In this document: piece by piece, positions 37,047-46,392 of the stretch
Layout: each line of letters begins with the position of its first letter
How positions within the stretch are numbered: position 1 is the first letter of the stretch
IMG/VR virus record: IMGVR_UViG_3300017917_003822
Location: 186,001 to 250,000 of that record
Reading direction: 5' to 3' (one strand)
Length of the DNA: 64,000 nucleotides
The notes under the pieces: generated by a model
What the model was told of the DNA's origin: nothing
The model's database searches: none
Seen by the model: the letters and a program-made list of their open reading frames with translations, nothing else
Translations under genes and position numbers: made by a program

Positions 37047-38189
37047 ATGGAAAGAAAATTAGCAAGTATACAGAAAATAGGAAAAGTTCTGCCTATAGAG
37101 GGAGCAGATGCAATCGAGATGGTAATGGTTAACTCGTGGAAGGTCGTTTCTAAGAAGGATGAATTCAAGGAAGGTGACTATTGCGTTTATTTTGAAATTG
37201 ATTCATTTCTTCCAATTAGAGAGGAATTTGAGTTCTTGAGAAAATCCTCCTATAGAAAGATGGGGGATCTTGAGGGATTCAGACTAAAAACCATAAAACT
37301 TAGAGGACAGGTTAGTCAGGGGCTTTGTTTACCAATCTCCATATTGGAGGGAGATGGTGAAATGAAAATTGGAATCAGCAAGCAACCTTGGGGAGATCAA
37401 TTACAGCTTGGTCCTTATGACGATGCTCTTGTTATTCAAGAAGGAGTTGATGTCACAGAACATTTGGGAGTTGTTAAATTTGAACCACCTATACCGGCTG
37501 AACTTGCAGGAAAGGTTAAAGGAAATTTCCCTGGTTTCATCAGAAAAACAGACGAGGAAAGAATCCAGAATATGACGAAGCAATTTGAGGAGATGAAGTC
37601 ACATCAATACTACATCACGGAAAAACTTGACGGTAGTTCAGCAACTTACTATTTTAGAGACGGGGTTTTCGGTGTCTGTTCAAGAAACCTTGAGTTAGCG
37701 GATCCTGGAGAATTTGTACCTGGTACTATCATTGGTGAAGATGGTGTCGAAAGACCCAAAAAAGAAAATACATTCTGGAAGGTTGCTAGAGAGCTAAAGA
37801 TAGCAGAAAAACTAGGATCTCTTAATCAAAATTACGCAATCCAGGGGGAGCTTATTGGGGAAGGAGTGCAAGGAAATCCTTACAAGATCAAAGGACACAC
37901 ACTTAGAATATTTAATGTATTCAATATCGATCAACAGGAGTATCTGGGACTTGATGAAATGAGGGATTTTCTTTCGAAGGTTAATGTTGACGATTCACCA
38001 TTGGAATTGGTTCCTGTCATTGATGAAAACTACAAGCTGCATGGAACCATCGAGGAAATTCTACAATATGCTGAGGGTAAATCAGTTCTTCATAATGAGG
38101 CCGAGAGAGAAGGAATTGTTATCAGAAACAAAGACAAGAGCATCTCATTCAAGGCTATTTCTAATAAATTCTTGCTAAAGGAAAAATAG
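37047..38189 (+). CDS. RNA ligase, DRB0094/Rnl5 family
   Basis: RKLAS, PIEGADAIE, YFEIDS, KLRGQVSQG, KTDEERIQN, EKLDGSS, EREGIV, FKAISN. Confidence 0.9.
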   Translation: MERKLASIQKIGKVLPIEGADAIEMVMVNSWKVVSKKDEFKEGDYCVYFEIDSFLPIREEFEFLRKSSYRKMGDLEGFRLKTIKLRGQVSQGLCLPISILEGDGEMKIGISKQPWGDQLQLGPYDDALVIQEGVDVTEHLGVVKFEPPIPAELAGKVKGNFPGFIRKTDEERIQNMTKQFEEMKSHQYYITEKLDGSSATYYFRDGVFGVCSRNLELADPGEFVPGTIIGEDGVERPKKENTFWKVARELKIAEKLGSLNQNYAIQGELIGEGVQGNPYKIKGHTLRIFNVFNIDQQEYLGLDEMRDFLSKVNVDDSPLELVPVIDENYKLHGTIEEILQYAEGKSVLHNEAEREGIVIRNKDKSISFKAISNKFLLKEK

Positions 38190-38190
38190 T

Positions 38191-38514
38191 ATGCAGAAAC
38201 ATCAATTAGAATATTTCGATTGGTTCGATATCCAAAGAGAAATCTGTAAGGAGATGGGTATTGAAGAACAATACTTCAGAGATTATCACAAGTTAGTTGG
38301 TGGAGAATATAAGGATCTTTGGCATATTTGGCTGGAATACTTCCAGTCGGAGGTTACAAATGATACGATAGTTCGTAATGATTGCGATGAAAGAATGGAA
38401 ATTAAAATTGAATGGATAACCGAAGAAGGTGACGAATGGGCAATACCCTTTGTTGAGGCGGTTTACAAGGTTTGGGATAAATTCGGAATCGAGTATGTAA
38501 GATACAGCTGGTAA
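38191..38514 (+). CDS. hypothetical protein
   Basis: 107 aa ORF. Confidence 0.7.
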   Translation: MQKHQLEYFDWFDIQREICKEMGIEEQYFRDYHKLVGGEYKDLWHIWLEYFQSEVTNDTIVRNDCDERMEIKIEWITEEGDEWAIPFVEAVYKVWDKFGIEYVRYSW

Positions 38515-38530
38515 ATACAAAATACTATAA

Positions 38531-39565
38531 ATGAAAATAATTATCACAGGAGGTGCGGGTTATATTGGATCCCACACTGCAGTAGAAGCACTAAGAGCAG
38601 GTCATGAAGTTATCATTATAGATTCCTTCATCAATTCATCGAGAGATGTACTTAAAAACATAGAAAAAGCATCAGGCAAGCCTTTTGTAGCTATCGATGT
38701 ATGTATGACTCAGAATACGCTAGATATTGCGGAGAAGCTTTTTGGTTTTGCACATAACACCGATGCAATTATTCACTTTGCTGCATTAAAGGATTCCCCA
38801 GGATCAACAGAAAACCCGCTGGGATATTATAGAAACAATATAGACTCATTGCTTAGTGCGCTGGGGGTTTCTAAATTACTTAAAATCAAGAACTTCATAT
38901 TCTCCAGTTCTGCGACGGTTTATGGTTATCCCGAGTATCTACCGATCAAAGAAACACACCCAATTCTAAGAGGAACTACACCATACGGGACTTCAAAAAT
39001 AATGGGAGAATGGATTCTAGAGGATGTAACCAGAGGTAACGATATGAGGTCCGTTGCACTGAGGTATTTTAATCCGGCTGGTGCAGATCACACTGGACTT
39101 ATTGGGGAAATGCCAATAGGTAGAGCAACAAACCTTGTACCTATTATAACACAATCAGCCGCTGGAATATATGGTCCGTTAAAAATAACTGGTACTGATT
39201 ATTCAACTCCAGATGGCTCTGCGATTAGAGACTACATCCACGTGACGGACTTAGCAAAGGCGCACTTAGCGGCTCTAGATTGGATGGTTGACCACGAAAT
39301 GAAGTTCTTTGAGACTTTTAATCTGGGTACGGGTAGAGGAACATCGGTAATTGAAATGGCTGAATTGTTCGACAAGGAGATTGCCCCGGGCTTATTAAAA
39401 ACAGAGTTTGCTGATAGAAGACCAGGAGATCCGGCCGAAGTTTGGTGTGATTCATCAAAGGCACAAAGAATTCTTGGATGGAGATCTGAATTAGACAACT
39501 TGGATATTTTGAGAAGTGCCTGGGAGTGGCAGAAGAACATTGCAACTGAGAATTCGGATATATAA
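38531..39565 (+). CDS. galE: UDP-glucose 4-epimerase
   Basis: TGGAGYIGSH, HFAALK, SSSATVYG, YGTSK, LRYFNP, RDYIHV.DLA. Confidence 0.9.
   Translation: MKIIITGGAGYIGSHTAVEALRAGHEVIIIDSFINSSRDVLKNIEKASGKPFVAIDVCMTQNTLDIAEKLFGFAHNTDAIIHFAALKDSPGSTENPLGYYRNNIDSLLSALGVSKLLKIKNFIFSSSATVYGYPEYLPIKETHPILRGTTPYGTSKIMGEWILEDVTRGNDMRSVALRYFNPAGADHTGLIGEMPIGRATNLVPIITQSAAGIYGPLKITGTDYSTPDGSAIRDYIHVTDLAKAHLAALDWMVDHEMKFFETFNLGTGRGTSVIEMAELFDKEIAPGLLKTEFADRRPGDPAEVWCDSSKAQRILGWRSELDNLDILRSAWEWQKNIATENSDI
39557..39564 (+). promoter_or_regulatory. putative late promoter RATATATA
   Basis: GATATATA, 4 nt before ATG. Confidence 0.6.
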
Positions 39566-39568
39566 TGG

Positions 39569-40213
39569 ATGAAAAACATTAAACTATTCGAAGATTTTAG
39601 TAACATACCGGATTTCAATGATATTATTGATCAGGTCGTAAAATTCCTTGAGAAGGATAAGAAGGACCTGATTTCAGTTAACAAGATGCATATAATCATA
39701 AAAAAAGCTTTTGATTCGGTCACGTTGGCCGAATTATTTAGCTTTCTGAATAATCTGGGATATAAAATGACAATATATCCCGACATTTCACCCTCCTCAA
39801 TGAATTCGAGATTTACTGTAAGTAAAATAAACTACAAGGATCCCATAGGTGATCTAAAATACGGTCTTAGTTTATTAATAGATTCAAAGTTAGGAGAAAA
39901 GCAGACTAAAACCTGCATTAACATATTGGGAAACAACATTGGAATAACCAGTCTGGGTAATTTCATGCAGGATATTTTAATCAAAAAAATCAACGACAAT
40001 GAAATTGATTTGCTTTTCTGGAACGGGAAATATTTAGTTACAGGCGAATTTGAACAGACGTCCATCCACCGGGAGGATGATATGGTTGCATTAGACTTTG
40101 AAAGCTACGAGACTTCAGATAAAAGAGACTATATTCTTTCCGCTACTGCATCAGGATCTTGGGCGGCAGGATATGATATTGAACAAATCGAATATATAGA
40201 TTTTTTAAATTAA
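39569..40213 (+). CDS. hypothetical protein, CTS-like N-terminus
   Basis: MKNIKLFEDF. Confidence 0.7.
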   Translation: MKNIKLFEDFSNIPDFNDIIDQVVKFLEKDKKDLISVNKMHIIIKKAFDSVTLAELFSFLNNLGYKMTIYPDISPSSMNSRFTVSKINYKDPIGDLKYGLSLLIDSKLGEKQTKTCINILGNNIGITSLGNFMQDILIKKINDNEIDLLFWNGKYLVTGEFEQTSIHREDDMVALDFESYETSDKRDYILSATASGSWAAGYDIEQIEYIDFLN

Positions 40214-40680
40214 TTCCCTATAGACATCCTTCTGTGTATTTGTTTTTTTGCATGATTTATCAGGTAGTCTCCAACTCCAGGAACTTTAAGAAGGTATGCT
40301 AATTCGGCTCTGTAACACACCAATTCTTCCTCATTTTCCGACATTTTTTGGTTACTCATCCTAATCATTAGGTGAAAGGATTCATGTACTAAAACCGCAC
40401 ATATGTTGTCTATATCATCATACTGAATGTCTCTTCGGGAGATGATGATAGTTCCTTTGGTGTCTATACCCCCGCCACTGTTGGTTGAAAAAGAACCATT
40501 CCAAAAGGAAATATTATTGCACGAGTTAACTATAATGTCATAGTAGGCAGGATCAACGGATTTAATTTTATCCAAAGCCATCTGTGCCTTAACTTCCCAA
40601 AAATCACCAGCACGGTCTATTTTAATTTGGGCAGTTGAAAAAATGGGAAGGATAAATATTATCAATAGGTTTTTTAGCAT
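40210..40680 (-). CDS. putative secreted zincin-like metallopeptidase
   Basis: Signal peptide; VHESFH...EE (HExxH). Confidence 0.55.
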   Translation of the reverse strand: MLKNLLIIFILPIFSTAQIKIDRAGDFWEVKAQMALDKIKSVDPAYYDIIVNSCNNISFWNGSFSTNSGGGIDTKGTIIISRRDIQYDDIDNICAVLVHESFHLMIRMSNQKMSENEEELVCYRAELAYLLKVPGVGDYLINHAKKQIHRRMSIGN

Positions 40681-40684
40681 AACC

Positions 40685-40692
40685 TATATATT
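40685..40692 (-). promoter_or_regulatory. putative late promoter RATATATA
   Basis: AATATATA on minus strand, 4 nt before ATG. Confidence 0.55.
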
Positions 40693-40707
40693 TTTAAAAA
40701 AGAGAGA

Positions 40708-41151
40708 ATGATGACTAGATCAAAAACAAAAAAGCAACCGGAAAAAAGAAGTGACGAGATTACCGATCTGGAGGTTGCTAGAAAAATGTTAAAAATATAC
40801 CAGAGCGCACAGGACAGAAAGCTTGACTTTGATCTTGGCTTTGAGTCGGTTAAAAAATTATTGTCATACCCAACTTGTTACTATACTGGAAGAAGATTTG
40901 AAGAGGAAGGTTCGTTTTCCAGAAGTTTCGATAGAGTTGATTCATCCAAGGGATACGTCGAGGGAAATGTTGTTGCATGCACTGTTGACATTAACGGGAA
41001 AAAGAGCAATTTATCGGTGGAGGAAATAGAATGTCTGTACATTAAATTGGTTAAGCCTCAATCGTTTAAAATGGAGGAGTCCAAAAAAATAGAAATGGAG
41101 GTAAATTTCCAGGAAATAAATAATCTGGAGGGGAACCAGGAGGATATATAA
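40708..41151 (+). CDS. T4 Srd-like / degenerate HNH-fold protein
   Basis: SAQDR..DFDL....K.LL....CYYTG..F......SFDRVD...GYVEGNVV. Confidence 0.55.
   Translation: MMTRSKTKKQPEKRSDEITDLEVARKMLKIYQSAQDRKLDFDLGFESVKKLLSYPTCYYTGRRFEEEGSFSRSFDRVDSSKGYVEGNVVACTVDINGKKSNLSVEEIECLYIKLVKPQSFKMEESKKIEMEVNFQEINNLEGNQEDI
41143..41150 (+). promoter_or_regulatory. putative late promoter RATATATA
   Basis: GATATATA, 4 nt before ATG. Confidence 0.6.
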
Positions 41152-41154
41152 TGA

Positions 41155-41958
41155 ATGGAGATAAAAAATTTTAATACCTGGATAACTGAATCTGAAGACC
41201 CGGATAATGGTATAGTAAACAAGGACCACATAGATAAATTAATCAACGATGTGGATTTTTTAAAAAGAGTACCCAAGGGAGATCTACGTTTTGAGGTTCT
41301 TAAAAACGGTCAGCAACCACCATTAAAGTTTTATCTAATTAGGATAATGACGCATGGAAGCCTCTATAGACAAATAAACAGGCTGCTGGATGAAACCGGA
41401 TTTGATGTTGTACCCGATATGGTTGGTAATTATATTACAATTACAATTTTAATTGATGATAGCCTTCCCGGAGGCGATTTTAAAATCAAACAGCTATATG
41501 ACTGGAGTGAAAGACATAATATGACTGTTTTATCAAACCCGAAGAACTATGATCAATTAAAAAACGTTGTAGAGAAATCAATTGAACATATTTTCGAGAA
41601 AATAAAACAGGTTAGATTGATTGTCCCATCAAACATAAGAAAGATTGAAGGATTCTCGGATAAGATTAAGGAGAGCGTAAAGTCCCTTTACGATGGTATA
41701 ATTGATAATTTTATTGAGAATGGAAGTATACCAAACGAACTAATTGATGATGATATTCTGACTGAAATTTTCACTAAAACTCTTCATGAAAATCCACAGT
41801 ACATTGAGAAAATAAACAATCTACCTCCATCTGCTAAGAAGAGGATTTTTAAAAGCTCGTTGGATCTTTTCAAGGACGATAATATTGAAATAAATCAAAA
41901 AACTCTGAACGGCATAGTGGCGTTCTTCAAAGTTAAAAAAACATGGGGGATGATATGA
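41155..41958 (+). CDS. hypothetical protein, CTS-like N-terminus
   Basis: MEIKNFNTWITES. Confidence 0.7.
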   Translation: MEIKNFNTWITESEDPDNGIVNKDHIDKLINDVDFLKRVPKGDLRFEVLKNGQQPPLKFYLIRIMTHGSLYRQINRLLDETGFDVVPDMVGNYITITILIDDSLPGGDFKIKQLYDWSERHNMTVLSNPKNYDQLKNVVEKSIEHIFEKIKQVRLIVPSNIRKIEGFSDKIKESVKSLYDGIIDNFIENGSIPNELIDDDILTEIFTKTLHENPQYIEKINNLPPSAKKRIFKSSLDLFKDDNIEINQKTLNGIVAFFKVKKTWGMI

Positions 41959-42353
41959 CAAAAAATCTAAAAACCTTTGAAAGCTGGAATAGTAAGGACG
42001 ACGAAATAGAGAATCTTCAGGAGTTGCTTAATTATAACATGGATTATATTAGAGAACTCTTCGATGAGAGAACCATGGAATCGGATTTCTTGGAAATTTC
42101 GGAACCGGAAGAATTTGTGGTTGAATATTGGCCTAAATCTTTGGATGGAGCCATTCCAAAGAGAATCTCATATTATATAGACGAGATCGCGGAGAAAATA
42201 TCGGAGCGAATGAAAAATAAAATCGATTGGAGATTCTCACCTAACGGCAACGTGCAGAGAATAATTTTCGAACTCGATAGTCCTGTAAATACGGAACATT
42301 TGGAACTCGTCAGAAAATTTAATAAAACAAAAGAAAAACTAAGATACACATAA
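41955..42353 (+). CDS. hypothetical protein, CTS-like N-terminus
   Basis: MTKNLKTFESW; ATGA overlap. Confidence 0.7.
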   Translation: MTKNLKTFESWNSKDDEIENLQELLNYNMDYIRELFDERTMESDFLEISEPEEFVVEYWPKSLDGAIPKRISYYIDEIAEKISERMKNKIDWRFSPNGNVQRIIFELDSPVNTEHLELVRKFNKTKEKLRYT

Positions 42354-42383
42354 ATCCGGATTTAACCCCGGATTTATTTTTTT
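42350..42383 (+). terminator. intrinsic terminator overlapping the next promoter
   Basis: ATAAATCCGG/CCGGATTTAT plus T-tract. Confidence 0.65.
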
Positions 42384-42408
42384 GTAACGGATTCATTTAT
42401 TACATTTG
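42377..42408 (+). promoter_or_regulatory. T-tract/CG-N11/TAnnTTTG promoter
   Basis: CG 42388-89, TACATTTG 42401-08. Confidence 0.7.
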
Positions 42409-42426
42409 CCAGATAATATAGAAAAA

Positions 42427-42714
42427 ATGGATCATCTTTCAAAATACTTATCTTCGCCAAAACCGGAGGAAATAGTAGTCCAGTCCAGATATTCATATGT
42501 TGATCAATTACATTTGGAGAATAGTAATGTGGATATCGAGAGTGCACTTAAGAACGATATAGCTAGAAAAATGGTTGATATTTTAATCGAGAGGAATCTG
42601 ATTGAATTTAAAATGATTAACACAACAAATCCATACGAAGCTTCAGTTACGATTTCAGGTAAAATAAAAGTCCAACCTCCGTATTTAGAATTTAAACTTT
42701 CAGGAATGATATGA
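42427..42714 (+). CDS. hypothetical protein
   Basis: ATG downstream of promoter. Confidence 0.65.
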   Translation: MDHLSKYLSSPKPEEIVVQSRYSYVDQLHLENSNVDIESALKNDIARKMVDILIERNLIEFKMINTTNPYEASVTISGKIKVQPPYLEFKLSGMI

Positions 42715-43154
42715 TCAAGAAATCTGTAAATATAGTTAATAAAAAGGCAAAATTTGAGTTCGAGTTCATCAGGGTTTTAGATGCTGGAATTCAGCTAACC
42801 GGATCCGAGGTCAAATCAATTAGGGATTCAAAAGTGGATTTTACAGATTCATATTGCTATTTTGTAAATAATGAGTTATTCATTAAGAATTTACACATTT
42901 CGTCCAATGACTATCGTTATTCACACGATCCCAAAAGAGAAAGAAAACTACTTCTTAAAAGGAGAGAACTAGATAAGCTACAGAAGGATCTCGTTAAAAA
43001 TATGAGCATAGTTCCATATAGAATTCACGAAAACGGAAAATCTCTACTAAAAATAGAAATAGCTTTGGGTAGAGGAAAAAAACTTTATGATAAAAGAGAA
43101 ACTATCAAAAGTAGGGACATCGAAAGAGAAACACAAAAACAACTTAAGGGATAA
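42711..43154 (+). CDS. smpB: SsrA-binding protein SmpB
   Basis: NKKAKF, AGIQLTGSEVKSIR, HDPKRERKLLL, GRGKKLYDKRE. Confidence 0.95.
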   Translation: MIKKSVNIVNKKAKFEFEFIRVLDAGIQLTGSEVKSIRDSKVDFTDSYCYFVNNELFIKNLHISSNDYRYSHDPKRERKLLLKRRELDKLQKDLVKNMSIVPYRIHENGKSLLKIEIALGRGKKLYDKRETIKSRDIERETQKQLKG

Positions 43155-43170
43155 TCAAAATTTATTTATC

Positions 43171-43722
43171 ATGGAAAAGAAAATCAACTTCGTCATCAGC
43201 AAAGAAGATAAGATTCGTTGGATCATAGAAAAACACGTTCAGACAAATCACCAATATTCAGAATATTTACCGTACGAGTTTCATTTAAGAATGGTAGCTC
43301 AGGTTGCTAAAGACTTCGACTACCTTATACCATCCGAAGAAATGAGGGAGTCGATATTGATAGCTGCATACGGTCACGATCTTATCGAGGATACCAGAGT
43401 TTCCTATAATGATGTTAAATCTATCCTCGGCGTAACTGTGGCTGATATTATCTATGCATTAACCAATGAGAAGGGTAAAAATAGAAAGGAGAGAGCAAAT
43501 TCTAAATATTATGAGGGCATCTTAGAAACTCCAGGTGCAGTTTTTGTTAAACTCTGCGATCGTATTGCCAATGTTCAGTATTCTAAAATGACCAAAAGCA
43601 GAATGTTCGAAATGTACAAGAAGGAGAATCCAGAATTTCTAACCAGTCTGGGATTTCCTAAGGGACAAAGTCACCCATTGGAGCCAATGAGTAAATATTT
43701 GTTAAATTTATTTGAGGATTAA
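43171..43722 (+). CDS. HD-domain hydrolase, Mesh1/SpoT (p)ppGpp-hydrolase-like
   Basis: PYEFHL..V, HDLIEDT, VKLCDRIAN. Confidence 0.8.
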   Translation: MEKKINFVISKEDKIRWIIEKHVQTNHQYSEYLPYEFHLRMVAQVAKDFDYLIPSEEMRESILIAAYGHDLIEDTRVSYNDVKSILGVTVADIIYALTNEKGKNRKERANSKYYEGILETPGAVFVKLCDRIANVQYSKMTKSRMFEMYKKENPEFLTSLGFPKGQSHPLEPMSKYLLNLFED

Positions 43723-43725
43723 ATT

Positions 43726-44004
43726 ATGAAACATAAGGCCATCAGAGGTAACAGGGGTAACGGAAAACCAGCTAATCCCTACGCATATCCGGTTTCAAGT
43801 AACAGTACCACATATTATGGAATGACCCTGAGGGACCATTTTGCTGGGATAGCAATGCAGGGTCTGATCAGTAATTTTAAAGGTGATGTTTCCGCTAATT
43901 ATGAAATTGTATCTATTGCTTCCTACAAGATGGCCGATGCCATGCTAAAGGAAAGATGCATAGAGAGATCATTAGATACTGATGACGACCAATCAAAATT
44001 TTAA
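43726..44004 (+). CDS. phage protein (GMTLRD.FA family)
   Basis: GMTLRDHFAGIAMQG...ADAML.ER. Confidence 0.75.
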   Translation: MKHKAIRGNRGNGKPANPYAYPVSSNSTTYYGMTLRDHFAGIAMQGLISNFKGDVSANYEIVSIASYKMADAMLKERCIERSLDTDDDQSKF

Positions 44005-44013
44005 CGTTTATAA

Positions 44014-44045
44014 TTTTTTAATCCCGAATGATATTCATATATTTA
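44014..44045 (+). promoter_or_regulatory. T-tract/CG-N11 promoter variant
   Basis: CG 44025-26, TATATTTA 44038-45. Confidence 0.6.
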
Positions 44046-44064
44046 GGAAACTAAAATTAAAAGG

Positions 44065-44472
44065 ATGAAAAGATTAGAAAATTTTTTAGATACTGCCTCG
44101 ACATGGAAGGTTTTTATTTTTGGATGGGTATTTTCTGGAGTATTGGCCTTTCTATTATTTCAGTTCCTTCCAGACGGTACAGAATTGGAGAGAGACGCAT
44201 TTATTAATTTTAAGATTGGTGCCACGATGGGGATTATATTAGGATTAGTTTTCGCTCTTCTGAACTCAATGGCCAAAAAATCTCAAAAATTTTGGGATTA
44301 CTCAAAAGAAGTTAAATCGTTAATAGATAAGGCGGAAACTAAGGAGGAATTAAGTTCCATTTATAAAAATGAATTTAATACTTTGAGAAATTTATCGATG
44401 GGCAACCCACACTCAATGGAACTAACAAGATTGTTCGCAATCTTGCAAACAAAACATAAATATGGAAAATAA
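44065..44472 (+). CDS. membrane protein (2 TM)
   Basis: Two hydrophobic segments. Confidence 0.7.
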   Translation: MKRLENFLDTASTWKVFIFGWVFSGVLAFLLFQFLPDGTELERDAFINFKIGATMGIILGLVFALLNSMAKKSQKFWDYSKEVKSLIDKAETKEELSSIYKNEFNTLRNLSMGNPHSMELTRLFAILQTKHKYGK

Positions 44473-45130
44473 AAAGAAACATTTGGATGTGGAAAATCCA
44501 ATGGCAATTCTTGCTGCTTTTACTCAAATGATTTCTGATCCAGGTATCGGAAATTACTTTGGTGGTCTCATCAAAGAAATGGATCCAGAATCAAAGTACC
44601 CACACGACAAATTAGGTGGCGGCTATGAATTACGTGAAATTGAAATTCTTGCAGAGGGTGGTCAATTCATCGTAAATAATCGAGAAAAATACTCACATTT
44701 ATACCATAACGGATTAAAAGTTTCTGATGAAGTCTTTCGTAGAGGTGGAACCGGTGGTAAATTCAAGGATGGTTATTGTAAACTAATTCATTACATTCAA
44801 AAGGAGCCTCATACTGAAAAACGTCACGGATTTGATTTTGGTACTCATGTTATCATTAATCACTTAGGTGATATTAAGCTGAAAGGAGAAGGTATATCCT
44901 CATACCCGGACCATATAGGAGGACACTTGGGATCTCTTGGTAATTATGTATATGACTTAAGAACAGGTGAAGCGATTGCGGTGAAAAGCTCAACCTCCAT
45001 TACTGGCTCTAATTGTATCATAATCGATCACCGTTACGAATGGTACAATAAGGATATCTCAATGCCTCTAGGCATTTACCAAATAGATTTCTGGACAGCA
45101 GAAATCAAAAAAATTGACGACGTAAAATAA
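44462..45130 (+). CDS. hypothetical protein
   Basis: 222 aa ORF. Confidence 0.75.
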   Translation: MENKKKHLDVENPMAILAAFTQMISDPGIGNYFGGLIKEMDPESKYPHDKLGGGYELREIEILAEGGQFIVNNREKYSHLYHNGLKVSDEVFRRGGTGGKFKDGYCKLIHYIQKEPHTEKRHGFDFGTHVIINHLGDIKLKGEGISSYPDHIGGHLGSLGNYVYDLRTGEAIAVKSSTSITGSNCIIIDHRYEWYNKDISMPLGIYQIDFWTAEIKKIDDVK

Positions 45131-45137
45131 ATCTACT

Positions 45138-45638
45138 ATGAAATTTAACTATATAGAAGGGGATTTAATCAAGTTAGCTAAAGAGGGTAAATTTGATGTC
45201 ATCACACACGGATGCAACTGTTTATCCACAATGGGAGCCGGAATTGCACCACAAATGGCAAAAGCTTTCGGGTGCGACAAATTTGAGATGGAGTTAATCG
45301 GACCAGATATCAATAAACTGGGAAACATCGACTACCAAACCATGGTTTTAGGTGAGAATGCAGTTTGGTCACTGGAGGATTTTAAAAATAATAGAAATGA
45401 ACCTGAATTGATTGTTATTAATTCATACACTCAATATCACTACGGAGGTCAAAAACCTCTAGATTATGAGGCATTGACATTGTGTCTCCGTAAAATCAAT
45501 CATCAATTCAAAGGAAAGCATATCGGATTACCAAAGATTGGAGCTGGATTGGCAGGAGGAAACTGGAATCGAATAGAGCACATCATACAAACGGAATTAA
45601 AAGACATGGAGGTGTCAGTGGTAATCTATAAAGGATAA
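45138..45638 (+). CDS. macrodomain (ADP-ribose binding/hydrolase)
   Basis: GDL, HGCNC...MGAGIA, YTQY, PKIGAGLAGG.W. Confidence 0.88.
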   Translation: MKFNYIEGDLIKLAKEGKFDVITHGCNCLSTMGAGIAPQMAKAFGCDKFEMELIGPDINKLGNIDYQTMVLGENAVWSLEDFKNNRNEPELIVINSYTQYHYGGQKPLDYEALTLCLRKINHQFKGKHIGLPKIGAGLAGGNWNRIEHIIQTELKDMEVSVVIYKG

Positions 45639-45659
45639 GAAACAAAGAAAAATATTAAA

Positions 45660-45818
45660 ATGAAAAGATTAAAAGACTTACTGGCTCCAGCCTACTTAGG
45701 ATTTGCACTTTCTTTTTTTGCAAATCTGAGCTTTACAAACCCAAAATTTTGGGCAATATTAATTCCATTCCTGGTTATTGTAAAAGTAACAGGATTTAAC
45801 ACAAAAGAGAATGAGTAG
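45660..45818 (+). CDS. small membrane protein (not in ORF track)
   Basis: MKRLKDLLAPAYLGFALSFF... 52 aa. Confidence 0.55.
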   Translation: MKRLKDLLAPAYLGFALSFFANLSFTNPKFWAILIPFLVIVKVTGFNTKENE

Positions 45819-46392
45819 AACAGAATTTCACACAGGAAAATTATACCCGGTTAGATTCTCAGGATCTTTAGAAGAGGCCTGCAGGGATATTGCTAGAAGA
45901 CACAATTTTGATCTTGGAGAAAACTGGAAGGAAGAATTCAGAGATAAATTTGACGAATATTCAAATAAAAAGGATCATGCCTCAGAGGAGTACTTTATTC
46001 ATGGTGAAAATTTATATCGGGTAATAGATCACGAGGAGAGTGACTCAGAGGAATATTTCATGAAGCTTATTAGAAATTCGGACGGTAGCATCTCATTTAT
46101 AGGTCAATTTTATAACGGGGGTACATGTTTCTCGGAAATGCTGGAAGATGCACTTAGTGAACTAAAGCCGACCTACGTTGAACTTATAAGAAATGAGATT
46201 GATGAAATTGTTAAAGAACACAACCAACCTCAACCTAAGACTGTTCCAAGTGCAGGATCTCTGATTATGAAATATAGAGGTCTTGATAGAGCAAGGAAGC
46301 TTTTTGAGGGTGCAGCAGAGGAAACGAAATCAGACGTATTTAAAAGTTCGGCTTACGAAGCAACCCTGAAAACAATTCTTAAATCTAATTAA
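45811..46392 (+). CDS. hypothetical protein (FYNGGTC family)
   Basis: 193 aa ORF. Confidence 0.7.
   Translation: MSRTEFHTGKLYPVRFSGSLEEACRDIARRHNFDLGENWKEEFRDKFDEYSNKKDHASEEYFIHGENLYRVIDHEESDSEEYFMKLIRNSDGSISFIGQFYNGGTCFSEMLEDALSELKPTYVELIRNEIDEIVKEHNQPQPKTVPSAGSLIMKYRGLDRARKLFEGAAEETKSDVFKSSAYEATLKTILKSN

Noticed and set aside
42350-43170. tmRNA next to smpB
   Set aside because: No intergenic space of sufficient size and no tRNA-like ends recognised.
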